A stretch of DNA of 64,000 nucleotides from Betaproteobacteria bacterium (GTDB lineage: Bacteria; Pseudomonadota; Gammaproteobacteria; Burkholderiales; SG8-41). The stretch covers positions 3,912 to 67,911 of the forward strand of contig JACPTK010000025.1 in the NCBI GenBank assembly GCA_016192825.1, given 5' to 3'. Positions 11,221 to 21,400 of this stretch are shown here, piece by piece. The notes beneath the pieces were generated by a model. That model searched no databases and was not told the origin of the DNA. It worked only from the letters and a program-made list of their open reading frames with translations. Made by a program: the position numbers and the translations under genes. Numbering within the stretch: position 1 is the first letter of the stretch; each line of letters opens with the position of its first letter.

Positions 11221-11283
11221 GAGCTGGCCGGGAACGCGTTGTTCAACGCGGCGGCCGGCGCGATGGTAGGGAGGAAGCCGTGT

Positions 11284-11586
11284 CCAGACTACTTGGCATC
11301 AATCCCGGAGGCGATCATCGAAACCATGACGGGCCGCATTCATTTCATGATCGCGCCGTTCGGCTCTTCCGCAGGGCTGGTGCGCGACGGCAAGCTGCGC
11401 GCGATCGTCAACAAACTCAACCGTGAGATCGCCCGTGCGCTCAAGCATGCCGAGGTCGAGGCGCGGCTGCTCGCGGTGGGAATAGAGCCGGCGATATCGT
11501 CGCCCGAGGGACTCGACAAAATCGTCGTAGACCAATTGAAGGAAGCGCGGGATCTGGCACGGCAGGCCGGAATCAAGCCCGAATAG
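11284..11586 (+). pseudogene. Bug-family (TctC-like) substrate-binding protein 3' remnant with internal deletion
   Basis: 'GRIHFMIAPFGSSAGLVRDGKLRAI' joins directly to the C-terminal helix region 'LNREIARALKHAEVEARLLAVGIEPAISSPEGLDKIVVDQLKEARDLARQAGIKPE'. There is no N-terminal half. Confidence 0.6.
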
Positions 11587-11655
11587 CCGTGGCTGACCTC
11601 CATCGAGACACAGAAGCCCGAGTCCATTTGAGGCAAGGTTCTTGGCAAGTTAACT

Positions 11656-11727
11656 GGCGGGGTGGCAGAGCGTAATGCCGTGGTCTGCAAAGCCACGTTC
11701 GGTGGTTCAAATCCACCCCCCGCCTCC
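11656..11727 (+). tRNA. tRNA-Cys (anticodon GCA)
   Basis: Hand-folded cloverleaf. Acceptor stem GGCGGGG/CCCCGCC, anticodon stem GTGGT/GCCAC with loop CTGCAAA, T arm GGTGG-TTCAAAT-CCACC, discriminator T. Confidence 0.8.
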
Positions 11728-11745
11728 TTTCATCGAATCGGCGAT

Positions 11746-11961
11746 ATGATCAAACACGCATTGAACGTATGTTGCCGCTGGGAGCACCTCAGAGCCACGG
11801 GCGGTGTTGCGCTGCTAGTCGGCTCATGGCTCACGCTCGTGAACCAAGCGGATATCATCGCCGCACAGGGAGTTGATGCCGTCATACTGCTGAAAGTCGT
11901 TATCAACTATCTGACGCCATTCGTCGTGTCGAATATCGGCCTGCTGGTGCGCAAGACCTGA
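11746..11961 (+). CDS. NrtS-family small membrane protein (putative nitrate/nitrite transporter)
   Basis: 71-aa product 'MIKHALNVCC...VALLVGSWLTLVNQADII...INYLTPFVVSNIGLL'. The upstream part of the tracked ORF overlaps the tRNA and is discounted. Confidence 0.55.
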   Translation: MIKHALNVCCRWEHLRATGGVALLVGSWLTLVNQADIIAAQGVDAVILLKVVINYLTPFVVSNIGLLVRKT

Positions 11962-12077
11962 CATAAGGAGCGTGCATTAAGCGCTGATCGTCGGCTCACA
12001 GCACAGCAGTTCGAACTCCTAGCCCTGTATCGGGTCAACAAAGTGGGTACATCCAGCTTTCGCGAGGCAGGTCAGAC

Positions 12078-14555
12078 ATGAATCTCCCGACGGCCTATCA
12101 GCCCATCGCGTGTGTGGGGACCCTGACGGCCTGCCTTGTTCTGGCTCTAAGCAGCATTAACGCGCCTGCGGCGAAACCTCCAGCGGAAAAGGAGTCGAAT
12201 CGGGAAGCGCGGGGCAGCCTGGCTCATTCGAACCGGTTGATCCATTCGAATTCGCCCTACCTGCTCAGCCATGCCCACAATCCGGTCGACTGGTATCCGT
12301 GGGGGCCGGAGGCTCTCGAAAAAGCCAAACGCGAAAACAAGCTGATTTTCCTCTCCGTCGGCTACAGCACCTGCTACTGGTGCCATGTGGCCGAGAGAAC
12401 GATTTATTCAAAGCCCGAATTCGCAAGATGGATGAATGCGTGGTTCGTCAATATCAAGGTGGACCGCGAACAGCGGCCCGACCTGGACCGCATCTACATG
12501 CTGGCAACCCAGATCATGACCGGCCGCGGCGGCTGGCCGAACAACCTGTTTCTGACACCCGACCTGAGGCCGGTGTTCGCCGGCAGCTACTTCCCACCGC
12601 ACGACGATGACTTCGGAAGAACTGGATTTTCCACGATACTCAGGACGCTGCATCAAACCTGGACCACTGATCGAAAGCGCCTGACCGATATCGGGGAACG
12701 GGTCCACGCTTCGTTACGGGATTACCAGCAGCGAAGCACGAGCGGCACGCAGCGCGCATTGAATCCGGGCGAATGGCTCACCGCGGCGGCGACATCGTTA
12801 ATAGCCCGCGCCGACAGAAAACATGGAGGCCTCGCGTCGAGCGGTTCCACGAAGTTCCCGCGCGCACCCGCGCTCGAGCTGCTGCTCGCGCACTACCGGA
12901 TTCACCGCGACCGCGCGTCGTTGGATCTGCTCACTCAGCACCTGGACGCCATGGCGTATGGCGGAATCTACGATCATCTCGCCGGCGGATTTCACCGGTA
13001 CACCGTCGAGCCGAGCTGGTCCATCCCACACTTCGAGAAGATGCTGTACGACAACGCCCAGCTGATGAAAATCTACGCCGAAGCGTTTGCCATCACGAGG
13101 AATCCGCTGTATCGGTTCGTCGCGGAGGACGTGGCCGCCTATTTGGCCCGACAAATGATGGCCGGTGGCGGCGGCTTCTACACCGCGCAGGACTCCGAGG
13201 TAAAGGGCAAGGAAGGTGCCAGCTATGTCTGGACCCGGACGGAGATCGTTTCGATCCTGCGCGGCAAGTCAGCCGAACGGTTTTTCGATATTTTCGCGCT
13301 CACGCCCATGCCGGCGAACGTCGTCGCGGAGAGTCTCGAGACGAAGCCGTCAGCGGAAGAAGAAGGCGTGATCCGGTTCCGGCTGCCGGTCGCGGAAACC
13401 CTCAAGCGGGCGCGATCTGCGGACGTCGTGACGCTGCTGGCCGGCACGCGGCCCCTGCGGCAGGAGCTCCTCCTGGCGCGCGACCGGCGTCCCCAGCCTC
13501 TGCGCGACGACAAGATCATCGTGGGGCTCAACGGTCTCGCCATCGAAGCGTTCACCGAGGCGGGGCGCATTCTCGGCAACCAAGAGTACATCTCGATCGC
13601 CCGGCGTTCCGCGGAATACATCTGGGCGGTCGCCTATAGCGCCAAGTCCGAAAGCCTCAAGCACGAAATCTTCCAGGGGCGCGTGCAGACCGACGGATTT
13701 CTCGACGATTACGCCCTACTCGGTCGCGCTTACATCTCGCTGTACGGCGCCACGCGGCAGCAGGTGTGGCTCGACCGCGCAGTGAAGCTTGGCGATACGC
13801 TGTTGAAACGATTCGCGCGGCCCGACGGGGCGCTACTGACGAGCACGAGCGGAAAAGACCTGCTGATCACGCCGCTGGACGACGGGGACAATGCCCAGCC
13901 GTCCGGAACGTCCGCAGCCGTCGAACTCCTGCTCCGTCTCGCGAAGACCGGCGGCAAGACGGGATACGCCGAGGCCGCCGCGAAAATCGTGCAGCGCCTG
14001 GGCGGGCAACTAGACGCCCAGCCGCACGGGTGGAGCACCCTCGTGGTTGCGGCGAACGCGAACAAGTTTGAGCCCTCGATTGCTGCGTTGGGTGGACCTG
14101 GCTCCGCGAGCGTCCAAGCGGGCGGACTGCCGGACTTTCGTCCCCCGGTTACCGCCGATCACGTAAGGGTCCGCGCGACCGCCAGCTCAGCGGACGACTT
14201 TTATCGGATCGAGATCACGCTCGATATCGACCGCGGATATCACGTCAACGCCAATCCTGCGTCGTTTCCCTACCTGGTTCCCACCAACGTGTCGCTCGAC
14301 GGAATCACGCCGATTTCAGTCGATTACCCCAGGCCGATAACGTTCAAGCCCAATTTCGCGCGCGACGGCATCAAGGTGTATGAGGGGAAGCCGACGATCG
14401 CGGTAAGGGTCGCAAAGAAAGAGCTCCCGAAGACAGGAAGTCTGCGAGCGAGGGTAACCGCCCAAGCGTGCGACGACCAGGTTTGCCTGCCGCCGTCCGA
14501 GTTTCCTTTGAGCATCGATCCGCCGGACGCGCGCACGGGCGCGGCCCTCAAATGA
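12078..14555 (+). CDS. Thioredoxin-domain (DUF255/YyaL-like) protein with a C-terminal DsbD-N-like domain
   Basis: 825-aa ORF with a signal peptide. It has '[37 protein letters not shown]' followed by a six-hairpin-glycosidase-like middle region. The C-terminus '[15 protein letters not shown]' is typical of the DsbD alpha domain. Confidence 0.8.
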   Translation: MNLPTAYQPIACVGTLTACLVLALSSINAPAAKPPAEKESNREARGSLAHSNRLIHSNSPYLLSHAHNPVDWYPWGPEALEKAKRENKLIFLSVGYSTCYWCHVAERTIYSKPEFARWMNAWFVNIKVDREQRPDLDRIYMLATQIMTGRGGWPNNLFLTPDLRPVFAGSYFPPHDDDFGRTGFSTILRTLHQTWTTDRKRLTDIGERVHASLRDYQQRSTSGTQRALNPGEWLTAAATSLIARADRKHGGLASSGSTKFPRAPALELLLAHYRIHRDRASLDLLTQHLDAMAYGGIYDHLAGGFHRYTVEPSWSIPHFEKMLYDNAQLMKIYAEAFAITRNPLYRFVAEDVAAYLARQMMAGGGGFYTAQDSEVKGKEGASYVWTRTEIVSILRGKSAERFFDIFALTPMPANVVAESLETKPSAEEEGVIRFRLPVAETLKRARSADVVTLLAGTRPLRQELLLARDRRPQPLRDDKIIVGLNGLAIEAFTEAGRILGNQEYISIARRSAEYIWAVAYSAKSESLKHEIFQGRVQTDGFLDDYALLGRAYISLYGATRQQVWLDRAVKLGDTLLKRFARPDGALLTSTSGKDLLITPLDDGDNAQPSGTSAAVELLLRLAKTGGKTGYAEAAAKIVQRLGGQLDAQPHGWSTLVVAANANKFEPSIAALGGPGSASVQAGGLPDFRPPVTADHVRVRATASSADDFYRIEITLDIDRGYHVNANPASFPYLVPTNVSLDGITPISVDYPRPITFKPNFARDGIKVYEGKPTIAVRVAKKELPKTGSLRARVTAQACDDQVCLPPSEFPLSIDPPDARTGAALK

Positions 14556-15234
14556 CGGGCACACCGACCTGGCACCTGATCGCGGCGTGCCAGGCCTCCA
14601 CATCGAAACCGGGCGAACCGACGATCGTGCGATAAACAACGACGCCGTTCTCGTCGAGCAGGTAGAGCCGGTCCGGCAGCGCGGCGTACAGGCGGTCCAC
14701 CTCGTTCGACATGTTGTCCAGCAGCATCGGCATCCTGAGATTCAGGCGAAGCACGCAGACCTGCGCGATCTCCTCCCGCCCCTCGAGCGATTTCGGCTGT
14801 TCGTAAAGCACATTGTCGACCAGATTTCGCGCCGACTGCCGTCCGTCCGTCGGATGCGCCTCCTGAATGTAAACGCAATAAAACTGAACGCGGTTCCGGA
14901 ATTCCTCGTATATCTCGTTCAGGCGCACGGCCTGCTCCCGGAACGGCGGTCACGTGTACGAGCCAAAGACCAGGGCGACGGGTTTCCCACGCGTTGACGA
15001 CAGCCGGAATTTTTCTCCCGATCGCTTGCCCGCGGGCGTCAGGCGATCGATCTCGAAATCGGGAGCGGACTGCCCTACCTGCGGCGCGGCATGGTCGCGC
15101 GCCGCCCGTTCGCTGACCATCGATTCGTAGTACGCGAGGTATTCCTCCCGGCTGCGCCCCATTCGCTCCCATCGATCCGGCGAAAGCGTGTCGGGATGCG
15201 CGTACGAGGTTCCAAGCCAGCCCAGGTTCGTCAT
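14548..15234 (-). CDS. Iodothyronine-deiodinase-like thioredoxin-fold protein with in-frame TGA read as selenocysteine
   Basis: ORFs 14950..15333 and 14548..14928 are in frame. The junction reads '[22 protein letters not shown]', with the TGA at 14950-14952. GS.TUPPF is the deiodinase active-site signature. The start ATG at 15234 has an AAGGAG RBS. Confidence 0.82.
14920..14934 (-). promoter_or_regulatory. Candidate SECIS hairpin for the deiodinase-like gene
   Basis: The mRNA reads UGA CCGCCGUUCCGGGAG CAGGC CGUGC GCCUG. It has a 5-bp stem and a GU-containing loop that begins 21 nt after the UGA. Confidence 0.5.
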
Positions 15235-15506
15235 GCAATGCTCCTTCTGAGGTTGCCGGTTGCGTGCTGCGAGCCGCAAGTCTCGCCACCGGCGGCAATC
15301 CGACACGCCGCTCGCGGCCCGCAGGTGGCACAAGCATAGAGCGGCCCGGGCAGGATTGACAACCCTGCAAGGGCCCGGACGGCACCGGCTGGCGTCAGTC
15401 AGTCCGCAGATGAATACTTACGCGCGCGGCACCAGGAACCGTAATAGCGTGCGTTCGGGCGCGACTATTGAGAACGGGTTCACGCGGGAACGCAGAAGGA
15501 GAATCG

Positions 15507-16733
15507 ATGCCAAGCCAGAGAATCACCTTTGCCGGCGCAAACGGCGCAGATCTCGCCGCGCGCATGGACCTGCCGTTGGGGAAGGCGCGCGCCTACGCCA
15601 TTTTCGCGCACTGCTTTACCTGCTCGAAGGACACCAGGGCCGCGAATTACGTGAGCGCCGCCCTCGCCGAGCAGGGAATCTCCACGCTGCGTTTCGACTT
15701 TACCGGCCTGGGCGGCAGCGGCGGAGACTTTGCCAACACGAATTTCTCGTCCAACGTTGCGGACCTCGTCGCCGCGGCCGAGTACCTGCGCGCCAACCAC
15801 GGCGCACCCGAAATCCTCATTGGGCACAGCCTGGGCGGGGCCGCCGTGCTCGCGGCTGCGCCAAGGATCGCGGACGCGCGCGCCGTCGCCACCCTCAACG
15901 CGCCCTTCGATCCGGCGCACGTGCTCGACATGATCGCGGGGACGCGCGCGGAAATCGAGGCGACGGGCGAAGCCGAGGTGACGCTCGGGGGGCGCCTCTT
16001 CCGCATCAAGAAGCAGTTCATCGAGGATATCGAGCAGCACCGGCTCACCGGGGAAATAAGGCGGATGAAAAAAGCGCTCCTGGTAATGCACGCGCCGCTC
16101 GACTCGACCGTCAATATCGACAATGCCGCGCAGATTTTTCTTGCGGCGCGGCATCCGAAGAGCTTCGTGTCGCTTGATGGAGCGGATCATTTGCTCTCGC
16201 GCCGCGACGACGCGGTGTACGCAGGCTCGGTGCTGGCCGCCTGGGCCGCGCGCTACATCTCGCGCCCCCTGTCGGACGCAGCGGATTTGCCGCGGGCGGC
16301 ACCCGGAGAGGTGGTCGTCGTGGAAGCCGGGACCGGGAAGTTCGAGCAGACGATCAGCGCGGGACGCCACCGGCTGCGGGCGGACGAGCCCGTTACGGCG
16401 GGTGGCAACGACAGCGGACCATCGCCCTACGATCTGCTGCTGGCCGGCCTTGGCGCGTGCACTTCCATGACCCTCCGCATGTATGCGGCGCAGAAGCAGT
16501 GGCCGCTGGCCGGCGTATCCGTGAAGCTCTCGCATGCCAAGGTCCACGCCCAGGACTGCGCCGAGTGCGATACCCGGACGGGAAAGATCGATCGCATCGA
16601 GCGCGAGATCACCCTCCAGGGCGACCTGGGTGCCGCTCAGCGCGAAAAACTTCTGCAAATTGCCGACAAGTGTCCAGTCCATCGCACGCTGACTTCGGAA
16701 GTCCGGATCGCAACGCGGCTGTCCGACGTTTGA
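15507..16733 (+). CDS. Bifunctional alpha/beta hydrolase / OsmC-family protein
   Basis: The N-terminal half has the 'GHSLGG' nucleophile elbow. The C-terminal half has 'PSPYDLLLAGLGACTSMTL...CPVHRTL' (OsmC/Ohr fold). A GAAGGAG RBS precedes the ATG at 15507. Confidence 0.8.
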   Translation: MPSQRITFAGANGADLAARMDLPLGKARAYAIFAHCFTCSKDTRAANYVSAALAEQGISTLRFDFTGLGGSGGDFANTNFSSNVADLVAAAEYLRANHGAPEILIGHSLGGAAVLAAAPRIADARAVATLNAPFDPAHVLDMIAGTRAEIEATGEAEVTLGGRLFRIKKQFIEDIEQHRLTGEIRRMKKALLVMHAPLDSTVNIDNAAQIFLAARHPKSFVSLDGADHLLSRRDDAVYAGSVLAAWAARYISRPLSDAADLPRAAPGEVVVVEAGTGKFEQTISAGRHRLRADEPVTAGGNDSGPSPYDLLLAGLGACTSMTLRMYAAQKQWPLAGVSVKLSHAKVHAQDCAECDTRTGKIDRIEREITLQGDLGAAQREKLLQIADKCPVHRTLTSEVRIATRLSDV

Positions 16734-16959
16734 TCGCCGATAGGATCGGATCCCTTCGGGTTCGCGGCACCCGTCGATCACGTCTCCTGAACGGTACTAC
16801 CCGGGACAGGCGGGCGCCCGGCGCCCGTTGCGGAACTCCCAAACGCTGCTGGCAATCAGCACGGCCATGCCGGCGTAAACCAGCGCCGCATGGATCCACA
16901 GTCCCACGAGCGCGACGAGCGCCGCGCCGAGGCCCGAGGAGTTCTTTCATGGCCACCTC

Positions 16960-17256
<297 letters not shown>

Positions 17257-17309
17257 CTAAAATAGCAGTAATATTTAGCCGCTTGGACACGCTGCAGATA
17301 GCCTCCCCC

Positions 17310-19574
17310 CTAACGCAATATCATCAGTGGTGCGAGCCGCTCACTCCGAGGCAGCACCCGGCCGACGATCGCGGCGGCGGGATAACCCAGGGCCTTCAGC
17401 TCCGCCACGCAGGCGGCAGCCCGGTCCCCCGGCACCGCCGCCAGGAGCCCGCCGGCCGTCTGCGGGTCGAACAGCAGCGGAAAGCGGGGATCGGTCATGA
17501 CGCTTTCAAGATTTTCAACGGCTCTTCGCAAGCGGACGTTCTGGGGCTGCAGCGAGCTGAAAATTCCCGCCGCGACCATGTCGAGCGCGCCATCGAGAAA
17601 AGGAATGGCGTTCAGGTCCAGGGCAATGTCCACGTCCGACTGCCTGATCATCTCCACCAGATGACCGATGAGGCCGAATCCGGTGACATCAGTGCAGGCG
17701 CTGGCCCGAAACCGGTGCAGGCAGCGCGCCGCCTCGCGGGAGGAGAGCAGCATGCTGTCGAGGGCGGCCTCGATCCACCGCCCTTTTGCCTTGTGACGCA
17801 TGGCGGCGGCGAACAGCGTGCCGGTCCCGACGGGCTTGGTGAGGAGCAACGTGTCTCGCGGCGCCATGGGACCTTTGCGCAGGAGATCTTTCTCCGCGGC
17901 CGTCCCGTTGATCGCGAAACCCAGCCCCAGCTCGGCCCCCTCGCCGGTATGTCCACCCACCAGCGCGGCGCCAGCGCCATCCAGAATGCGCAAGGCGCCG
18001 GACATCATCTGGAACAGGTCGTCTTCCATTTTCGTTTCGAGGCCGTAGGGCACGGTGGCTATCGCCAGCGCCGTCTGCGGCTCGGCGCCCATGGCGAAGA
18101 TATCACCGAGGCTGTGGTTGGCCGCGATCTGTCCGAAAAGGTAGGGATCGTCGATCATGGTCCGAAAAAAATCGACTGTGTGGACCATGACCCTGCCCTC
18201 GGGCACGCGAACGACGGCGGCGTCATCGGGCGCGTCCAGGCCGATGAGGACGTCCTTGGAAGCGCCGGGACGCAGGCGCCCGATCACGCGCGAAAGCACG
18301 GTGTGGCCCACCTTGGCGCCGCATCCTCCGCAACGGCTCGCCATGACCGAGAGTTCCTTGAGCGCCTCGGGCCCCGCCAGTCCGGGCGCCGGCGCCGCCG
18401 CCGGGGCTTCCGCCATCTCCGGGAGGTCGCCAAACTGCTTCATGAAGCGGCGGTCGATCCAGTCCTTGAGCCGCCACACGGCCGCGCCTTCCATGGCCCA
18501 GCCCCAGCGCGAGGCGACGGCACGGCGGTCGCCGACGGAAATCAGCGACAGGAAATGCTTCTGGGGCCTGAAGGGCAGCGGCGGCTGGCCGAGCAGGACC
18601 CGGCGCAGGTTCTCGGCGAGCGGCTGGCCCTGGCGAACCGCGAACACGCCCGCCTTGGGACGAGGATGCCCTGCCACGCTGGCGACGTCCCCCGCGGCGA
18701 ACACGGCGGGGTCCGTCACGCTCTGCAGCGTGTCGCGAACCCGGACAAAGCCGCTGTCGTCGCACTCGAGTCCGGTTGTCCGCAACCACGGAGCCGCCCC
18801 CGCCTGGGTCACCCACAGGACCTCGTCGAAAGGCATTTCCTCTCCGTCCGCGCACAACAATCGTCCGGATTTCACTTCGATGACTTCGCGGTCGGTGTAA
18901 ACGTCCACGCCCCGTTCCTTGAGTAGGCGCATCAGGATGCGACGGGCACCGGAGGCGTAGGCTGGAAGGATCTTCCCCATCGTTACCAGCCCGACGTTCA
19001 CCAGGCCGGGATCGCGCCCCGCCGCCGCAACCTCTTTCCGTAACCGGTACTGGACGGCGAACGCGAGTTCCACCCCGGCGGCGCCGCCGCCCACCACGCC
19101 CACCCGGGTGGGACCCACCCGCTGCAATACGCGCGCCACCAGCTGCTCCCAGCGCCCGATCAGGCGATCGATGGGCTTCACTCCCGTGGCGTAGAGCGAT
19201 GCCCCCGGCACATCGTCCTGCCGCGGCCGCGACCCGATATCGATGGACGCTACGTCGTAGCGCACCGCGGGCCGGCCGGAGCACAGCACTTGTTTCGCGC
19301 CGAGATCGAGGCCCGTGGCCTCATCGTGATAGAGCCGCGCGCCGGCGAAGCCGGCCAGCCGGCGCAGGTCGATATGACACTGCCCGCGGCTGTAGTGGCC
19401 GGAGACGAAACCGGGCAACATCCCCGAGTACGGCGCGTCGATGTCGCGGGTGACGAGCGTCAGCCGTACCCCGGGCATCGGCCGCATGCCGAAGCGCTTG
19501 AGGACCAGAACGTGAGCGTGGCCGCCGCCGACCAGCACCAGGTCCTTGATGACGGGGCCGGCATTCGAATTCAT
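17310..19574 (-). CDS. selD: Fusion of a pyridine-nucleotide-disulfide oxidoreductase (TIGR03169 'N-terminal to SelD' type) with selenide, water dikinase SelD
   Basis: 754-aa product. The N-terminal part has 'DLVLVGGGHAHVLVLK...GAAGVELAF...AGDVA' (NDH-2-like flavoprotein). The C-terminal part has 'CGGCGAKVG...DAAVVR...VDFFRTMIDDPYLFGQIAANHSLGDIFAMGA...GGHT' (SelD/AIR-synthase fold, Cys form). The ATG at 19574 overlaps the upstream stop (ATGA). Confidence 0.9.
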   Translation of the reverse strand: MNSNAGPVIKDLVLVGGGHAHVLVLKRFGMRPMPGVRLTLVTRDIDAPYSGMLPGFVSGHYSRGQCHIDLRRLAGFAGARLYHDEATGLDLGAKQVLCSGRPAVRYDVASIDIGSRPRQDDVPGASLYATGVKPIDRLIGRWEQLVARVLQRVGPTRVGVVGGGAAGVELAFAVQYRLRKEVAAAGRDPGLVNVGLVTMGKILPAYASGARRILMRLLKERGVDVYTDREVIEVKSGRLLCADGEEMPFDEVLWVTQAGAAPWLRTTGLECDDSGFVRVRDTLQSVTDPAVFAAGDVASVAGHPRPKAGVFAVRQGQPLAENLRRVLLGQPPLPFRPQKHFLSLISVGDRRAVASRWGWAMEGAAVWRLKDWIDRRFMKQFGDLPEMAEAPAAAPAPGLAGPEALKELSVMASRCGGCGAKVGHTVLSRVIGRLRPGASKDVLIGLDAPDDAAVVRVPEGRVMVHTVDFFRTMIDDPYLFGQIAANHSLGDIFAMGAEPQTALAIATVPYGLETKMEDDLFQMMSGALRILDGAGAALVGGHTGEGAELGLGFAINGTAAEKDLLRKGPMAPRDTLLLTKPVGTGTLFAAAMRHKAKGRWIEAALDSMLLSSREAARCLHRFRASACTDVTGFGLIGHLVEMIRQSDVDIALDLNAIPFLDGALDMVAAGIFSSLQPQNVRLRRAVENLESVMTDPRFPLLFDPQTAGGLLAAVPGDRAAACVAELKALGYPAAAIVGRVLPRSERLAPLMILR

Positions 19575-20311
19575 GGCGCGCGCTCGACGCGCACGGCGGA
19601 GAAATACGCCACGCTTTGCCCGCCGGTCGCGTCGGTATCGCAGAACAAGGCAATCTCCTGGAGACTCGCGCCATACGGGTTTCCCCAATGCTTGCGATAA
19701 AGCACCCGCAGATCGACCTTTTCGTCGTGCCAGCGCCCGGCATTCTCGTCTCCGCCGCGCGCCACGTAGTGTGGAAACGGGCTGCGTCCCCAGAACGACT
19801 CGAGATATTTCCAGTCTCCCGCCCGCAGTTTGCGATTGCCCCATATGATCTCCAGGGCGTGCGTTTCCCCGCCGGCCGAGCGGAACTTGAGATACAGTCG
19901 CGCGGGATGGTCGTCGCCGGCCCTAGTGGTCTCGTCGATGCCGCTGGCGACCGGCCGCTCCACGAACCAGTCCCAGCCGAGGATCGGGTAGCGGTCGAGA
20001 GGAAGGTCCGTGTATCGGTAGAGCATCGAACCGCTGTTGTTCGTGGCCAGCCGGATCGCGGACCGGCCTTCCTTCGGCACGAAGCTGATCTGCATCGGAT
20101 CGGTGCGGAAAAACCGGCGGTGATGCCAGCCGTCGGGCAGCGGATCGAGCGCCAGCGGATTGCGAAAATCCATCACGGCGACCGACGGCGATCCGTCCGG
20201 CACCAGCACGTTGACGCGCTGCCCGGCGGTGCACGCGGCGAGCGCGGCGGCAAGAAATGCGACGCCGACGATGCGAGCCAGCGCGCCCTTGCCGCGCCTA
20301 CTCCGATTCAT
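19571..20311 (-). CDS. DUF3047-family lipoprotein/secreted protein
   Basis: The leader has a lipobox-like 'FLAAALAACTAG'. The body has 'YPILGWDWFVERP...DDHPARLYLKF...ALEIIWGN'. It is translationally coupled to the selD fusion. Confidence 0.65.
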   Translation of the reverse strand: MNRSRRGKGALARIVGVAFLAAALAACTAGQRVNVLVPDGSPSVAVMDFRNPLALDPLPDGWHHRRFFRTDPMQISFVPKEGRSAIRLATNNSGSMLYRYTDLPLDRYPILGWDWFVERPVASGIDETTRAGDDHPARLYLKFRSAGGETHALEIIWGNRKLRAGDWKYLESFWGRSPFPHYVARGGDENAGRWHDEKVDLRVLYRKHWGNPYGASLQEIALFCDTDATGGQSVAYFSAVRVERAP

Positions 20312-20503
20312 GCGACACCATACCACACCGTCGATCGCTCAACGTCCGATCGTAATCGACGAAGCCGATCGCGAAATATTCCGGAATGCTGACGGGCGCA
20401 TTCCGGCTGACGTACGCGACCAGCGCCGGTCTTTTCGCCAGAGAGCCCCTGGAGCACTCGGTGGCCAGCAGGTTTCCTTCCATTTCGCATCCCCCTCAAG
20501 AAT

Positions 20504-20842
20504 TCACTTTCCGGATTCGTTTACATCCATTATCTTGCCGCTGCCTGGATAGACCCAATCCTGGCGCCGGCTCATCAGGGCCCGTAAATCCATCCGGATT
20601 TCCTCCGCCGTCGGCCGCCCCACGAACCACCAGCCGTTATAGATCTTGTAGATCGTTCGATCTCGGTCGAGAACGAACGTGTAGGGAATGTAGATTTCCC
20701 CATGCGCCTTGTCCGTTGTATCGACCATTTCCAGTTCGTGAAGCAGCTTGCGGTCGGGGTCCATCAGGAATGGCCAGTCGGCGCCCAACGCGTCCCGGAC
20801 CTCGCTCGTGTTCATCTTGTCGTCCACGGACACGCTGACCAT
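20504..20842 (-). pseudogene. Redoxin/peroxiredoxin-like protein, C-terminal two-thirds only
   Basis: It starts within the conserved '...VSVSVDD' strand. It continues 'WPFLMDPDRKLLHELEMV...YTFVLDRDRTIYKIYNG'. The N-terminal ~60 residues with the catalytic Cys are absent, and the upstream frame is non-coding. Confidence 0.5.
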
Positions 20843-20887
20843 CTTGCAATAATTTACGCGGAATGCTGGACCGCAGTGTTGACAAAG

Positions 20888-21070
20888 TTGTCAGCGCAGC
20901 GAGCTTCGGCTGCTGCGGCGTGCCGCGGCGGATGCTGACGGCCTGCTCGTCGGTCAATCCGGCCTTCTTGCCAAGGAGGGTGTGCGCGGCGAGGCAATAG
21001 TTGCAGCCATGGATGTATTGAGCGGCATATTGCGGTCCGTGCACCTGGGCGGCGGCGTCTATTTCCGTTG
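20888..21070 (-). pseudogene. CMD/AhpD-like gene fragment (Cys form)
   Basis: 'YIHGCNYCLAAHTLLGKKAGLTDEQAVSIRRGTPQQPKLAAL' carries the CxxC..H motif. It lacks both ends and abuts other remnants. Confidence 0.45.
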
Positions 21071-21400
21071 CGAATTCGATCGCGACCACCCGCATCCGCT
21101 GGTGGCCGCCTTGCCTTCCCTGATCCATATCCGCGGCACCGACAGTCACGATTTCGCCTGGCTGCAGACCGCAATCCATTTCATGATCAAAGAAACCAGG
21201 ACGGCGAAGCCGGGGGCTGAGGCAGTCGTCAATCGCCTGGCGGAAGTGCTGTTCGTTCAAATGGTGCGAGCCCACATCGCGCAAATCGCCGGCACGGGAC
21301 CCGGCGCTTATCGCCGCGATCCCTCGCGTTTGCTGGTGAAGTCCGATCCGCGCAAGAGTTCCGGGCAAGACGCAGTTCATGCGCCCTATCGCTTCGGACC
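21009..21400 (+). pseudogene. AraC-family regulator N-terminal (cupin-type) remnant
   Basis: It has 'MDVLSGILRSVHLGGGVYFRCEF' and 'VVNRLAEVLFVQMVRAHI', typical of AraC_binding_2-type regulators. The cupin core is shortened and no intact HTH domain follows. Confidence 0.45.

Noticed and set aside
16609-16956. A 115-aa minus-strand ORF downstream of the merA remnant.
   Set aside because: It is Arg-rich and overlaps the 3' end of the OsmC-fusion gene. Only a frameshifted reading gives a membrane-like peptide, so it is mentioned only as part of the mer relic.
18370-18400. Sec in SelD itself, or in ArsS (39082..40047).
   Set aside because: Both genes read through with Cys codons at the relevant positions ('CGGCGAK' and 'GSSCGG'). 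There is no in-frame TGA.
17283-18926. A 547-aa plus-strand ORF, together with the 353-aa ORF at 18223..19284.
   Set aside because: They overlap the selD fusion gene, which has unmistakable SelD and flavoprotein motifs. These alternative frames have none.
20843-20893. A possible Sec codon (TGA at 20891-20893) upstream of the redoxin fragment, giving 'U-QLCQHCGPAF...'.
   Set aside because: The frame upstream of that TGA is Ala/Arg/Ser junk bounded by another TGA at 20954-20956. The spacing from the CxxC to the 'VSVSVDD' strand is too short for a redoxin fold, and no start or RBS exists. It was treated as a truncation scar.
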